64,000 nucleotides of DNA from Candidatus Micrarchaeota archaeon (GTDB taxonomy: Archaea > Iainarchaeota > Iainarchaeia > Iainarchaeales > JAGVWC01): contig JAZDJR010000029.1 of the NCBI GenBank assembly GCA_043803815.1, positions 11,632-75,631 of the forward strand. Direction: 5' to 3'. The translations under genes were made by a program, and so were the position numbers. Positions 28,778 to 39,409 of the stretch are shown piece by piece. Each line of letters opens with the position of its first letter. Positions within the stretch are counted from its first letter, which is position 1. The notes beneath the pieces are model-generated. The model did no database searches and had not been told where the DNA came from. It was given only the letters and a program-made list of their open reading frames with translations.

Positions 28778-29637
28778 CCGCTACCCAAACCATTCAACAA
28801 TACAAACCGGTAACGGCTGTTGACCTTGAAAAAAAGGTCGAAGAATACATCAAACAGTTAGCCGAAGAAACCGGCGCGGTCCAGCAATCCGCATGGTTCA
28901 AAGAATACCTCGATACTATGGCGAAATTTTGGCGCTACTCCCTGAACAACCAAATCCTTATCCACATCCAAAAACGCGATGCTACCCGCGTGGCCGGATT
29001 CCGAACCTGGAACGAAACAGGCCGTCGAATTAAGGCCGGTCAAAAAGCAATCAAAATCCTCGCGCCATTTACCAAAAAAGTGGTTCAAAAAGACGTGCAA
29101 ACCGGCGAAGAAAAAGAGGTTGAATTCACTTACTTTTGTCCGGTAAGCGTTTTTGACGTTTCCCAAACCGAAGGGCGCGACCTGCCGCGCCTCGACATTG
29201 ATATTGAGGGGAACAGCCACCAAGCCTTGTTGGAGAAACTCGTCGAATTCTGCAAAACCCGCCAAATCGAAGTCGAGTTCAAACCGCTTGGCATAAACGG
29301 TCTGTACGGTTACAGTCAAGGCGGCAAAATCGTGGTTGGAACCAACCAAAGCCCCAACATGCAGGTTAATACTCTCGTTCACGAAATCGCGCATGAATTA
29401 ATGCACTCCGAATCAACTGGTCAGCAGTTTACTAAGAACGAACAAGAGATTCAGGCCGAAAGCGTGGCTTATGTAGTATGTAAAGTTTTTGGGCTGGAGA
29501 CAAAAAGCTCGATGTATATAACTCTTTACGAAAATGATTCTGATAAAATTCAAGAACAACTAAAAGAAATCGCAGAAGTCACAAAAGTTATCCTTAAACA
29601 TCTGGTTAATAGTAAAGAAAGCAATTTAAGCGCTTAA
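28774..29637 (+). CDS. ardC: ArdC-like ssDNA-binding antirestriction protein with zincin metallopeptidase-like domain
   Basis: YSLNNQILI..ATRVAGFRTW..GR, VFDVSQTEG, HEIAHELMH, EIQAESVAY. Confidence 0.88.
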   Translation: MTATQTIQQYKPVTAVDLEKKVEEYIKQLAEETGAVQQSAWFKEYLDTMAKFWRYSLNNQILIHIQKRDATRVAGFRTWNETGRRIKAGQKAIKILAPFTKKVVQKDVQTGEEKEVEFTYFCPVSVFDVSQTEGRDLPRLDIDIEGNSHQALLEKLVEFCKTRQIEVEFKPLGINGLYGYSQGGKIVVGTNQSPNMQVNTLVHEIAHELMHSESTGQQFTKNEQEIQAESVAYVVCKVFGLETKSSMYITLYENDSDKIQEQLKEIAEVTKVILKHLVNSKESNLSA

Positions 29638-29651
29638 GCTATCCTTTTATC

Positions 29652-32390
29652 ATGGTTTTAAGTCCAAATGAAGTTAGAAGAAGAGCAATTGCGTTTGTTC
29701 ATGAATGGAAAGATGAAACGCGGGAAAGGGCAGAAGCTCAGACTTTTTGGAATGAATTTTTTGATATTTTTGGAATTACCCGAAGAAGAGTTGCAACTTT
29801 TGAAAAACCAAGCGTTTCAATGCAGGGTGGAAAGGGTTTTATTGACCTGTTTTGGAAGGGTAAACTAGTTGTAGAACATAAATCGGCGGGACAAAATTTA
29901 GACAAAGCTTATTCGCAAGCGTTGGGTTATTTTAGCTCTCTTGAAGAATCAGAGTTGCCGGAGTTTGTCATTGTAACGGACTTTAAAAAAATTCGACTTT
30001 ATGATTTGGATGAGGATTCCCATGTTGAGTTTGAATTAGGTGATTTACCTAAAAAAATTAACTTATTTGATTTTATACCTGAAAATCGGCGAGTTATTTA
30101 TACGGTTGAGGACCCAGTCAACATAAAAGCCGCGGAATTAATGGGTCGACTGCATGATTCTTTAAAGAAAAATGGTTATCAAGGGCATGATTTGGAAATA
30201 TTGTTAGTCCGATTAGTCTTTTGCCTTTTTGCGGATGATACTGGGATTTTTGAAAAAGATAAATTTCATTTTTTAATTGATAAGAAAACAAATCCTGATG
30301 GAAGCGATACTGGCTCAAAGATTATTGAATTGTTTGACATTTTAAACACGTCCGAACTAGAAAGACAACAATCACTTGATGAAGATTTAGGGGTCTTTCC
30401 ATACATTGATGGGAGTCTGTTTGAAGAACGCATTAAAATCCCATCATTCAATAATGAAACAAGGAAAATACTGTTAGACTGTTGCTCATTCAATTGGGAG
30501 CTGGTTTCTCCTGCTATATTCGGGTCAATGTTTCAGTCAGTAATGGACCAAGAAGAAAGACACAGTCTTGGGGCACATTATACTTCCGAAAAAAATATTT
30601 TGAAAACCATTAATGGTCTATTTTTAGAGAATTTGACCAAAGAATTTGAAAATCACAAAAAAAATAAGCAATATCTAAAGGAAATGCTTATACGAGTCGG
30701 TAAAATAAAAGTTTTAGACTCCGCCTGTGGGTGTGGAAACTTCCTGATAATTGCATATCGCGAGCTAAGAAGACTTCAAATAAAAATTAGAAAACAACTT
30801 GTAAAACTTGAAGGGCGAGAAGGCCAGCAATTAATGAATATTAGCTTTGACGAAGACTTAAATGTTGATTCAATGTATGGCATTGAATTATTAGAATTTC
30901 CGGCAAGAATTGCACAGGTTGGTCTGTGGTTAATGGACCATTTAATCAATATGGAACTCTCAAAAGAATTTGGTCTTTATTACAAAAGACTTCCTTTAAG
31001 AAAGACAGCCAATGTTAAGATTGGAAATGCATTAAGATTGGATTGGCAAGACTTTGTCCGAAAAGAAGAACTCTCATACATTATTGGCAATCCCCCCTTC
31101 GTTTCAAAGCAGGACCGAGACACACCCCAACAGGAAGATATGGACCTAGTCTGCAAAAATATCGACAATTATGGGCTTTTGGATTATGTTTGCTGTTGGT
31201 ATATAAAAGCCGCGGAATATATTCAAGGAACAAACATCGGTGTTGCACTCGTTTCAACCAATTCAATAGCTCAAGGGGAACAAGCGGGCATCATTTGGTT
31301 TTATTTACTAAAACAAAAACAGATTAAAATAAATTTTGCACATCGGACATTCAGATGGCATAATGATGCAAGAGGAAAAGCTCAAGTATTTGTAGTCATA
31401 ATCGGATTTTCACTAAACGATGCTGAAGAAAAATTCTTATTCGAATATGAAACTCCAAACTCTGAGCCAATACCCATCAAAGCTAAACACATAAATTCAC
31501 AACTAATTGACTTTGACGACGTTTTCATTTTTAACAGAAATGAACCCCTTTGCAGTGTTCCAAAAATATCCTTCGGAAGTATGCCAAACGATGATGGAAA
31601 CCTCTTATTTACTGCTGAAGAAATGAAAGAATTTATCAAGAAGGAACCTGACGCAAAGAAGTTCATTAAGCCATTAATCAGTGCAAAGGAATTCTTGCAT
31701 GGTGAACAACGATGGTGTTTGTGGCTAAAAGATGCCTCGCCATCGGAACTAAACAGATTAACCTTCGTAAAAGAAAGAATTGAAAAAGTCAAGCAATATA
31801 GAAAGTCAAGTAAAAGAGAGGCAACGATAAAATTGGCCGAACAACCCGCCTTATTCGGTGAAATAAGACAACCCAATAGTGATTATATTTTTATTCCGTT
31901 GACGACGAGCGAAGGAAGGCACTACATTCCAATGGCATTTTTAACGAAAAACTACATAGTAAACAACACCTGCAGCATAATACCAAATGCAGAATTGTAT
32001 CATTTTGGGATTTTAATGTCATCAATGCACATGGCCTGGGTTAGTGCTGTTTGTGGACGAATGAAAGGAGATTATCGTTATTCTAATAACTTAGTTTACA
32101 ACAATTTTCCTTGGCCAAAGGAAATTACAACTGCACAAAAGCTACTAATTTCTAGGCGCGCAAAAGAAGTTTTAACGGCAAGAGAAAGCTTCAAAGGTTC
32201 GACTCTTGCAGATCTTTACAATCCCTTGGCTATGCCAAAAAAACTTTTAGTGGCCCATAAAAAATTAGATTTAGCGGTCGAAAAATTGTATTCGAAAAAA
32301 AAGCTTAAGACTCAATTGGAAAAATTGACTGTTATTTTTGGCAAGTATTTGGAATATGAAAAACCTCAGACAAAACTGACTATTTATTAA
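29652..32390 (+). CDS. MmeI-like type IIL restriction-modification enzyme (fused nuclease/N6-adenine MTase/TRD)
   Basis: N-terminal FIDLFW..VEHKS, GAHYTS, motif I DSACGCGNF, motif IV GNPPF, C-terminal LADLY.P..MP..L..AH. Confidence 0.92.
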   Translation: MVLSPNEVRRRAIAFVHEWKDETRERAEAQTFWNEFFDIFGITRRRVATFEKPSVSMQGGKGFIDLFWKGKLVVEHKSAGQNLDKAYSQALGYFSSLEESELPEFVIVTDFKKIRLYDLDEDSHVEFELGDLPKKINLFDFIPENRRVIYTVEDPVNIKAAELMGRLHDSLKKNGYQGHDLEILLVRLVFCLFADDTGIFEKDKFHFLIDKKTNPDGSDTGSKIIELFDILNTSELERQQSLDEDLGVFPYIDGSLFEERIKIPSFNNETRKILLDCCSFNWELVSPAIFGSMFQSVMDQEERHSLGAHYTSEKNILKTINGLFLENLTKEFENHKKNKQYLKEMLIRVGKIKVLDSACGCGNFLIIAYRELRRLQIKIRKQLVKLEGREGQQLMNISFDEDLNVDSMYGIELLEFPARIAQVGLWLMDHLINMELSKEFGLYYKRLPLRKTANVKIGNALRLDWQDFVRKEELSYIIGNPPFVSKQDRDTPQQEDMDLVCKNIDNYGLLDYVCCWYIKAAEYIQGTNIGVALVSTNSIAQGEQAGIIWFYLLKQKQIKINFAHRTFRWHNDARGKAQVFVVIIGFSLNDAEEKFLFEYETPNSEPIPIKAKHINSQLIDFDDVFIFNRNEPLCSVPKISFGSMPNDDGNLLFTAEEMKEFIKKEPDAKKFIKPLISAKEFLHGEQRWCLWLKDASPSELNRLTFVKERIEKVKQYRKSSKREATIKLAEQPALFGEIRQPNSDYIFIPLTTSEGRHYIPMAFLTKNYIVNNTCSIIPNAELYHFGILMSSMHMAWVSAVCGRMKGDYRYSNNLVYNNFPWPKEITTAQKLLISRRAKEVLTARESFKGSTLADLYNPLAMPKKLLVAHKKLDLAVEKLYSKKKLKTQLEKLTVIFGKYLEYEKPQTKLTIY

Positions 32391-32465
32391 AATTTTTAAA
32401 ATAGTGCCGGTTTGGTGTTATCCGGTTCGCTTAACCTGGTTCAACTATTTTTTTATTTCTTTAAT

Positions 32466-34184
32466 TTAAACCTGAATGACATTGTCTGCGTATTTTGCAT
32501 ATTTTTCGTCGTGGGACACGAGAATTATTTGCTGCTTTTTTGATATTTGTTTTAGTAAATTCATCGTGTTTTCGAGCCGGTCTTTGTCAAAAGAGTGAAA
32601 CGGGTCGTCGAATATGAGTGGAATTGGCTTCCCGGCAAGTTCTTTTGCCACAATTATCCTGATAGCAATATAAATCTGGTCTTTGGTTCCTTGGCTTAAC
32701 TGGCTTATTGGGATTGAATTTTTTGTTTTTGGGTCAATTATTTGAATATCGGTAATATCATTGTAGCTTACTTGGGTATACTTGTTTGAAGTAATTTGCT
32801 GGAGCAACTCGCCTATTTCTTTGTTTATTTTTGGGGTAAGCTGACTTTGAAGTTCAGTATACGCTGCTTGGAGGTATTCTGTTGCGGTTTCATACGCCTG
32901 GATTTTTGTATTTAAGTCGTTAAGCTGGGCGTCAAATTGTTCTTGCTTTTCTTTTAATTCAACGGGGTCAGCGTTCATTTCGGCGATGGTTTCGACTTGG
33001 CCGCATAGTTTGGAATATTTTTTTTCGAGTGAGGGGATTTCGGTGTTAAGGGTTTCGAGTTCGTAGAAATGCTCGTCATTGAATGGCTTTGCCGAAAATT
33101 GTTCGTTTTGAGTTTTGGCTATTGCGAACTCGTTTCGCGCGTTCGTCTCTTCCGCGTTGAGTTCTATTATCTTGTTTTTTTTATTTTGAATAAACTGTGT
33201 CGGGACGTTCGTTTGGTTAGGTTGGGGTTTTTTGTGTTTTCTGTATAAATGAATCGCAAGGGGTATCGCGACTATTAACCCGATTATGGTAACCGCGAGT
33301 ATTAGCGCAAGGATTGCCAGTAAAATATCCATATTGGAAAATTTGGCTTTTTGCTGGATTATTGGCTGGCTTTCTAATTCTTTTATTTCTTTTTCGAGTT
33401 CTTCCTTCTGAGTGGTGATTCCTTTGTATTTTTTTTCAAGCTCTTGCGCTTTTTCTTCGAGCGCTTTTTTTGTTTTATTTTCTTCGAATGCCGCTTGTAG
33501 TTGTTTCTGGCGGGGCTTTTTTTCATTGAGTTGTTTGTCTAAGTATTCAAGCTCAGCTTGGTGGCCTTTTTTCTTTTCGTGATATTGCTCTACTTGGGGG
33601 ATTTTTTCGTTTAAGTCATCGAGTTTTTCTTCCAATTCTTGTTTTTCTTGTTCAAAGCTCTTTGTTTTTTTTGCTATCTTTCGGTCTATTTTTGAAAAAG
33701 ACTCTTCTTCGGTCGGGGTTTGGTTTAGAAATGCATCGTAAAATTTTGTTTGCGTATTTTGGTCGTCGATAATTCCGATTTGGTTTTGGGCCACAAAGGT
33801 GGTATTTTTGAAGACTTTTTCATCGACTATTCCAAAATGCTTTGCGACCATTTGATTTATTTGGTCTTTTTTTTGGGTTACTTTTTTTGTCTTTAATTCA
33901 GTAAGTTTATCCGCTTGACTGATATAATCGCGCTCTATGGAAAACTGTTTTCCATCTAGCAAATATGTCAGTTTGGTTTCACAGGTGGTTTCTTGACCCC
34001 AGGATATTAGCGGTTCTATAACTGGGGTTCTTCTGTGAAATACTGCTGATAACAATGCTTCTAACGTGGTTGATTTTCCGGCTTCGTTTTTTCCAATTAT
34101 CACATTAAAGCCCGGTTTGAGCAAAATGGTTTTTTTCTTGTCAAATTGCCGAAAACCTTGGAATTCAAGTTTTTGAAACTGCAT
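32466..34184 (-). CDS. Rad50/SbcC-like (YhaN-type) SMC ATPase with central hydrophobic segment
   Basis: Walker A GKNEAGKST, signature LSQG, Walker B IFDDP, SH loop. Confidence 0.9.
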   Translation of the reverse strand: MQFQKLEFQGFRQFDKKKTILLKPGFNVIIGKNEAGKSTTLEALLSAVFHRRTPVIEPLISWGQETTCETKLTYLLDGKQFSIERDYISQADKLTELKTKKVTQKKDQINQMVAKHFGIVDEKVFKNTTFVAQNQIGIIDDQNTQTKFYDAFLNQTPTEEESFSKIDRKIAKKTKSFEQEKQELEEKLDDLNEKIPQVEQYHEKKKGHQAELEYLDKQLNEKKPRQKQLQAAFEENKTKKALEEKAQELEKKYKGITTQKEELEKEIKELESQPIIQQKAKFSNMDILLAILALILAVTIIGLIVAIPLAIHLYRKHKKPQPNQTNVPTQFIQNKKNKIIELNAEETNARNEFAIAKTQNEQFSAKPFNDEHFYELETLNTEIPSLEKKYSKLCGQVETIAEMNADPVELKEKQEQFDAQLNDLNTKIQAYETATEYLQAAYTELQSQLTPKINKEIGELLQQITSNKYTQVSYNDITDIQIIDPKTKNSIPISQLSQGTKDQIYIAIRIIVAKELAGKPIPLIFDDPFHSFDKDRLENTMNLLKQISKKQQIILVSHDEKYAKYADNVIQV

Positions 34185-34192
34185 TTTGTCAC

Positions 34193-35278
34193 CTATAGTT
34201 TTCCGTCTAGTGCACGTAATCCGATTCGATAGGCCAGTTCTTTAACTTTCATTTCTTGGCCATTTTTTTCATTTTTTATTGATTCTTGCATTAATCGAAT
34301 AAATCTGCCGCGAAGGCTTGCGTCCGGAATTTCGTTCATTGGAATGTGGGTTTGGTCGTTAATTTCCAGGTAAAAATAGTCGTCTTGAAAGTGTTCTACA
34401 AGTGAGTCTGCATCAATTTCGGTTGGATTGGCTGGGGTTCCTTTGAGGGTGAGCCGTAAACTTGTGTTTATGTCCGCATTTTGTTTTAAAATTTCAAATG
34501 CGCGGTTTTGATTTTGGGTCAGGTCAATTTCTTCTAGTTTGTACGTCGTTTCGTTTGTTTTTTGTTTTTGAACTTTTACCGTCTCTTCGGTAGTTTCAAC
34601 TAGTAAAATATTTGATTCGCCGGCTTGTGAAAAACTTAATGGTTCGGGAGTGCCGGCGTACCATGCGGGTATTTTTGTGTCTAATTGGCTTGTTTTGTGG
34701 AAATGTCCCAATGCGAGGTATGTGAGTCCGCTGTTTTCAATGTCTTTTTTGTCTATTGGCGCATAGGCTTTTTCTTCTTCTTCAGCCCAGTTAAATTTTG
34801 TGTAAGAGCCGTGAACTATCCCGACATTTATTTTTTCCGGTTTTTTTACTTCAAAAGCTTTCAGTGGATCCGCATCCGGATTTTGATAATTAAATGCACA
34901 GCCATGAATAATCCATTCGCCTAAATCGAAACTTTCCATTTTGCTGTTGGTAAAAATTTTAACATTGGATGGAAACAAAGAGCAGTCGTATGGATTTTTA
35001 TCCCCAAAATCGTGATTTCCTGGAACAATAAAGACTGGGATATTCTCTTTGCGCAATTTATTGAATTCGCTAATTACTGTGTCTATTGTGACTGGGTTTG
35101 GAAAACAGGAATCAAATAAATCTCCGCAAATTAACAATGCATCTGCATTTTCCTTAATTGAAAAATTTATAATCGTAGAAAAAGTTGTCAATAGTCGTTT
35201 TCGTTGTTTATTTGCTTTATTGCCAAGTTTGGAAAATCTGGCGCCTAAATGCAAATCTCCCGTTTGTACAAAACGCAT
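34193..35278 (-). CDS. Mre11/SbcD-like metallophosphoesterase nuclease
   Basis: GDLHLG, GDLFD, PGNHD, VHG, LGHFH, YAGTPE. Confidence 0.93.
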   Translation of the reverse strand: MRFVQTGDLHLGARFSKLGNKANKQRKRLLTTFSTIINFSIKENADALLICGDLFDSCFPNPVTIDTVISEFNKLRKENIPVFIVPGNHDFGDKNPYDCSLFPSNVKIFTNSKMESFDLGEWIIHGCAFNYQNPDADPLKAFEVKKPEKINVGIVHGSYTKFNWAEEEEKAYAPIDKKDIENSGLTYLALGHFHKTSQLDTKIPAWYAGTPEPLSFSQAGESNILLVETTEETVKVQKQKTNETTYKLEEIDLTQNQNRAFEILKQNADINTSLRLTLKGTPANPTEIDADSLVEHFQDDYFYLEINDQTHIPMNEIPDASLRGRFIRLMQESIKNEKNGQEMKVKELAYRIGLRALDGKL

Positions 35279-35371
35279 ATCGGTCTACCTTCACAGTATA
35301 CTCCATTTAGAATATCTTAAAAACCAACAAAACTACTCTTCATCGTTTTCACATTGATTGTATGCCGCTTT

Positions 35372-38300
35372 TTAGTCTCCTTTTGGGCAGTATAATTTGT
35401 AGCCGCATTTTTCGCATGTTTTGTCGTCTTGGCTGGGTTCAAAATGGCTTTTTTGATAGTCTTGGCTGGCTTTTTGGGCGATTTCAAGCAATTCGGCTTG
35501 TATTTCTTGGAGCTTTGCAGGGTCTGTGCGGCCGCCGATTTCGGTCATGTCGCCTTCAGGGCTTAGGTTATACGTGCGGGGTTTTTCCTGTTCCAGTAGC
35601 TCATAGGTTAGGTGTTTGACGGTGTATCCTTTGGCTTTTAGGGTTTGGTCGTTTTGGACTGCTAGTGCATAGAGCAAGAGTTGGCGTGCGCGCTTTGTTT
35701 TGTCGGGTTCTTGGCCGGTTTTGTAGTCGATGATTTCAATTTCATTGGTTTGCGGGTTTAATTTGTCAATGCGGTCGATTTTTCCTTTGAAGTAATAACC
35801 GTCGAGTTTGAATTGGAATCCTTGTTCGACTGAAATGTTATTTTGTAATCTGTCGGCTTGTCGGGCCCAGAATGTATCAAATATAAGTTTGGCCCGTGCG
35901 TGGTCGATGCGTGAGTAGTCTGGGTGTTGGGCGGTTTGGTGGGCAATTGTTTGGAGTTGTTCGCGGCTGGTTATTTTTTGTTGGACTGCAATTTCTAGTG
36001 CGCGGTGGATATATTCGCCGAATTTGAGGGCACCGTCTCCTTGGTTGTCGTTTTGGCGGGTTGGCATTCGTAGGATGTGGGCGAGTTCGTATTTTTTGGG
36101 ACATTCATCGTAGGTGGATAATGCGGTGAAAGAGAAGGGCGTGTCGGCGGGGTTAAAGGTTTGGCTGTTAGTGTTTTCATTTTTGGTTTTTTCGAGGATT
36201 TGCTGGGCTTCTTGGTTGGCTTTTTGGATTTGGTCTGAATTGGGGTTGATGGGCTTGCCGGTCAGGGTTGTGTAGGTTAATAAGTGGTGGAATGCTTGGT
36301 CTGGGTCAGTGTCGATGTTGGCAATTAAGAGTTTTTTGATTTGGGCTTTTTGGCGTTCGAGGTCGGTGTCTTTGAGGATGTCGCGGGCTTTGACCTCATT
36401 GTCGGTTATGAGTTCAAGGTCGGCGTGGGTTTCGGTTAGACCGTAGCCGGCTTCGCGTAGGAAAATGGATGGTTCGCGCTCATTATCGGAGTAGGTTTTA
36501 GCAAAGCACAGGTTAAGATTTTTTTTCGCGCGCGTGCAGGCAACGTAAGCTAATCGTCTTTCTTCTTTTTGTTTTTCAGTTTTTTTGAGTTCTTTGATTT
36601 CCTCTTTGGCTTCTTTTGGTGATTTCTCTTTGAGAATGGGCGCATAGCGTTCGTCCAGGGCGTCTGGAATAAGGGGTTCTCGACCACCTCTGGTGAGTGG
36701 GAATTTATCTTTTACAAGGTCAAGGATGAATACATGATCGAATTCGAGGCCTTTGGCGGCGTGACAGGACAAAAGGATGATTCCTTCGTCAGTCGCGAGC
36801 TGTTGTGCTTCAAGTTCTTCGCCCATTTCGCCGAGGGTTTCCAAATATTCAATGAATTCGAATAATTCTGAGCCGTGAATGTCTTGGAATTTAATAGTCA
36901 AGTCGTGTAAGTATCGTAGGTTGAGCAAGGATTGTCGGTTTTCATGAGTGGATTCGTACGAGAACCAACGTGATAGTCCTGTGCTTTCATAAATATCAAG
37001 CAAGAGATTGGAAATGGTTTTGTTTTTGTTTTTTCGTAGCTCCTCAATTTTGGCGCTTAAGCGGGCGAGCTTTTCTTGGCCGTCGGAGGATAGTCCAGTT
37101 GGGGGTTTGCTGAACAAAACATGTTGAATGCTGTCGTATTTAGCTGCGTGGGCTAGTATATGGGAGTCAGCATTGCTCAAGCCATATTTGTAGTGCAGTA
37201 ACTTCCACCAGGCAGGGTCTGCTGCAAAGGTGGGTTTTTCCATATTAGCAATGACGTAAAGATACGCGAGGCTTGTTCGGATTTCTGGGCATCGAAAAAA
37301 GCTGGTGCCGCCTATACTTTGGTATGGGATTCCACGTCGATCTAACGTATTTTGGATTTCTTGGGCAGATGAATATGAGCGGAATAATATGGCAATTTCA
37401 TTATATGGCGTGCTGTTCGAATGTACTGTTTCGATTTCCTCGAGAACCCGGCGGGCCTGTTCTTTGGGGTCAATCGTTTGCAATAATTTGACTTTGGTGC
37501 CTTCGGTTTGAAATGCGGATTCAAGTTGTATGGCTCTGGTCGGGTCCGAATAATTGTTTTGTACGAGTCGGTGGGCGGTCCGTAGAATTGTGTTCGTCGA
37601 GCGATAATTTTGCTTTAAAGCTAGTGTTTGGGCATTGAACTCTTTTTCAAATGCCTCCAAATTATTGGCATACGCTCCGCGAAATGCGTAAATTGCCTGA
37701 TTAGGGTCGCCGACAACCGTGATTTTTTTTTGTTCGCCACACAATACTTTCAACAAATCGAATTGTTGTCGGTTCGTGTCCTGGAATTCGTCCACAATCA
37801 CATAATCAAACATTTTGGCCAGTTCTTCTTCGCCGCCTTCGGCTGCCCAATCAAGTACGCGCTTGTTGAGGTCCGCATAATCCAACAAATTCTTCTCCTC
37901 TTTGATTTGTTCATAGGCCGTCCATGCATTCAAAAAATTCGAATAATCTTCATATTCCGCAAATAAGTCCAAAAAGTCCCGGAGTTCCTTCTTTTCCAGT
38001 TTAGTTTCTCCAGTCGCCCGCTCTAAATGTAATGTTTGAAGCCGAAGTCTCGCTCTATGAACATATTCTGCCAAATCCGAACCATCTGTCAACTCGTCCA
38101 CTTGTCTTTTTAAGTCTGTTAAAAACGATTCATACTGTGCGGGCGTCAAATTCAGGTCTTTGGCTTTTTCTATGCTTGACACATAAAACTTGGCATTGTA
38201 AGCGGGAATCCCAAGCCTTCGATGCAACAGAATGGCGGCATCAATTTCATCCACAATCTGGGCTCCTTCAGTCACGCCCGTTTGCGTTGAATGTGAAACT

Positions 38301-38605
38301 AGTAAATCGTAACAAAATGCATGAAATGTGCTAGCTGTACTCTCCTGTGCTGAAGGTAAAACCTTCTCGACATCTTCCTTCATTTTGCGCGCAGCCTCGC
38401 GAGAAAAAGTAAGCATTAATAAACGTCCAGGTATAATCCCTTTTTCCTTTATCAAAAATGCAGCCTTGGCAGTAATCATCATCGTCTTACCCGTGCCTGC
38501 GCCAGCAATGACTAAAACAGAGCCGTTAGTCGATTCAACAGCTTGGCATTGTTCGGGATTTAGCTGTTTGCCGGTTTCCGTTTGGAACCATTCAAAAAAA
38601 GTCAT
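35372..38605 (-). CDS. UvrD/PcrA-type SF1 helicase fused to C-terminal RecB-like PD-(D/E)XK nuclease
   Basis: AGAGTGKT, VDEFQDTN, GDPNQAIY, NYRS, HAAKGLEF, YVACTRAK; C-terminal CPKKY, GKIDRID..IDYKTG, CEKCGYKLYC. Confidence 0.93.
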   Translation of the reverse strand: MTFFEWFQTETGKQLNPEQCQAVESTNGSVLVIAGAGTGKTMMITAKAAFLIKEKGIIPGRLLMLTFSREAARKMKEDVEKVLPSAQESTASTFHAFCYDLLVSHSTQTGVTEGAQIVDEIDAAILLHRRLGIPAYNAKFYVSSIEKAKDLNLTPAQYESFLTDLKRQVDELTDGSDLAEYVHRARLRLQTLHLERATGETKLEKKELRDFLDLFAEYEDYSNFLNAWTAYEQIKEEKNLLDYADLNKRVLDWAAEGGEEELAKMFDYVIVDEFQDTNRQQFDLLKVLCGEQKKITVVGDPNQAIYAFRGAYANNLEAFEKEFNAQTLALKQNYRSTNTILRTAHRLVQNNYSDPTRAIQLESAFQTEGTKVKLLQTIDPKEQARRVLEEIETVHSNSTPYNEIAILFRSYSSAQEIQNTLDRRGIPYQSIGGTSFFRCPEIRTSLAYLYVIANMEKPTFAADPAWWKLLHYKYGLSNADSHILAHAAKYDSIQHVLFSKPPTGLSSDGQEKLARLSAKIEELRKNKNKTISNLLLDIYESTGLSRWFSYESTHENRQSLLNLRYLHDLTIKFQDIHGSELFEFIEYLETLGEMGEELEAQQLATDEGIILLSCHAAKGLEFDHVFILDLVKDKFPLTRGGREPLIPDALDERYAPILKEKSPKEAKEEIKELKKTEKQKEERRLAYVACTRAKKNLNLCFAKTYSDNEREPSIFLREAGYGLTETHADLELITDNEVKARDILKDTDLERQKAQIKKLLIANIDTDPDQAFHHLLTYTTLTGKPINPNSDQIQKANQEAQQILEKTKNENTNSQTFNPADTPFSFTALSTYDECPKKYELAHILRMPTRQNDNQGDGALKFGEYIHRALEIAVQQKITSREQLQTIAHQTAQHPDYSRIDHARAKLIFDTFWARQADRLQNNISVEQGFQFKLDGYYFKGKIDRIDKLNPQTNEIEIIDYKTGQEPDKTKRARQLLLYALAVQNDQTLKAKGYTVKHLTYELLEQEKPRTYNLSPEGDMTEIGGRTDPAKLQEIQAELLEIAQKASQDYQKSHFEPSQDDKTCEKCGYKLYCPKGD

Positions 38606-39336
38606 ACGGTCCCTCTAAAATAATTTTCTAACTTTTTAATTGTTCCATATTTTTTGTAGTTATTATTGAACCAAATATCTGAATCTTTGATACTTTTCGC
38701 GTAGTCCCATTTTTTCGTGTGAGTTTGCTGGATTATTTTTGCTTCTTTTGGAAATTCAAAAAAAGATATACCTCTTTTGACGTTTGTAAATCGTTTATAG
38801 ATTTTTTTATTTAATCTCAAGACCGATGCTGGAACCCAAAAAATACGCTTTATTTTCCAGCTCGACTTTTTAAACTCGGGATAATCTTCTCTTCCATGAA
38901 GAGTAATCAAAGCGGCAAAATCAAATTTTTCATCCCCTTTTTTATTTTTTGTACCAAACCTCCAACCCCATTGATAAATTCTGCGTTTGAATTTCCACTT
39001 TTTATTTCTCTTGATATGCATAAAGTCCTGGTTTGGATAGACTCCCTCATTTTTCAAAGTTGAAGTTTTTACTTCAATTCTGACTTCCTTTCCTTGGAAC
39101 TGCAATAGTAAGTCATATCTGTGATGGCCACTTTTGTAATACACTTTGGCTTTTGGAAATTCACGCAAAAGGAGCTGTGCCACTTGGAATTCCCCATATG
39201 TGCCGATAATCGAATTGGCAATTTTTAGACCGGTTTTATCAGAATAATTCCTGATTTGGCTAATCAATTTGAGCCCTTTTTTAATTATCTGTTTATTCAG
39301 CGGTTTGGGTGCTTCCTTTCTGTTCTTTCTACGCAT
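38602..39336 (-). CDS. Putative PD-(D/E)XK endonuclease
   Basis: GTYGE..YDLL..RIEVKTS; very basic; ATGA overlap with the helicase. Confidence 0.7.
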   Translation of the reverse strand: MRRKNRKEAPKPLNKQIIKKGLKLISQIRNYSDKTGLKIANSIIGTYGEFQVAQLLLREFPKAKVYYKSGHHRYDLLLQFQGKEVRIEVKTSTLKNEGVYPNQDFMHIKRNKKWKFKRRIYQWGWRFGTKNKKGDEKFDFAALITLHGREDYPEFKKSSWKIKRIFWVPASVLRLNKKIYKRFTNVKRGISFFEFPKEAKIIQQTHTKKWDYAKSIKDSDIWFNNNYKKYGTIKKLENYFRGTV

Positions 39337-39409
39337 CGCTGTTTTCCCACCTGTAATTTATCAAGTTCAGTATCATTTTTCTTCATTCGTTGGTATTTTT
39401 TTCACTTTG

